Below, piece after piece: positions 35,492 to 35,618 of a DNA stretch of 35,618 nt. Below the pieces are notes generated by a model, which had not been told where the DNA came from, ran no database searches, and was given only the letters and a program-made list of their open reading frames with translations. Within the stretch, counting starts at the first letter, position 1. Every line of letters begins with the position of its first letter. The position numbers and the translations under genes are program-made. This DNA is from an uncultured virus (IMG/VR IMGVR_UViG_2124908030_000016) (lineage: Duplodnaviria > Heunggongvirae > Uroviricota > Caudoviricetes). The stretch is taken from IMG/VR virus record IMGVR_UViG_2124908030_000016. One strand, 5' to 3'.

Positions 35492-35618
35492 CAGCAACCA
35501 CCAGCACGATCCTGATCGACGACGACTCACAGGGCGACGGCCGAGTGATGGCGTTCCCGTCGACCGGCGACGACGAGCTGTTCGACGTGTTCCTCCTGGA
35601 GTCCTCCAATACGAGTCG
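35488..35618 (+). CDS. 5' part of a hypothetical protein (runs off the window)
   Basis: ATGA overlap; open to the end of the window. Confidence 0.55.
   Translation, partial: MTATTSTILIDDDSQGDGRVMAFPSTGDDELFDVFLLESSNTS

Noticed and set aside
85..35530. Long minus-strand ORFs in the track (e.g. 2888-3709, 22403-23260, 33613-34353)
   Set aside because: Shadow frames of GC-rich acidic genes; Ser/Arg/Val-rich, no motifs, fully overlapping coupled + strand genes
1..35618. Abundant GTCGAC/CTCGAG and scarce CTAG
   Set aside because: Expected from Val-Asp/Leu-Glu codons and general haloarchaeal composition; not specific to this element

Overview
GC-rich DNA encoding strongly acidic (Asp/Glu-rich) proteins, which points to a haloarchaeal source. 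About 85 mostly small, unrecognisable ORFs lie on the + strand and are tightly coupled (ATGA/GTGA/TGATG overlaps). No housekeeping, capsid, integrase or relaxase gene is visible, so this looks like the accessory/early region of a large haloarchaeal virus or the leading region of a plasmid/ICE; the window cannot distinguish these. Recognisable products are a DUF4326 protein, a cluster of SLOG (YspA/DUF2493-like) proteins (two fused to helix-hairpin-helix repeats), a Mom-like GNAT DNA-modification protein, a GHKL ATPase fused to a HExxH metalloprotease motif, and many Cys4 zinc-finger microproteins. The most striking feature is non-coding: 11 copies of a 77-78 bp imperfect palindrome (TGCGCGACAC...GTGTCGCGCATAC) between 8401 and 34172. 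They show compensatory base changes and recurrent bulges, and each sits between the end of one gene block and the start of the next, cutting the region into 0.4-4 kb operon-like modules. Two further two-copy hairpin families precede genes in the first 4.6 kb. Candidate roles are ssDNA hairpin promoters (Frpo-like), attC-like recombination sites for multi-gene cassettes, or structured RNA. The assembly has N gaps and several probable indel errors.
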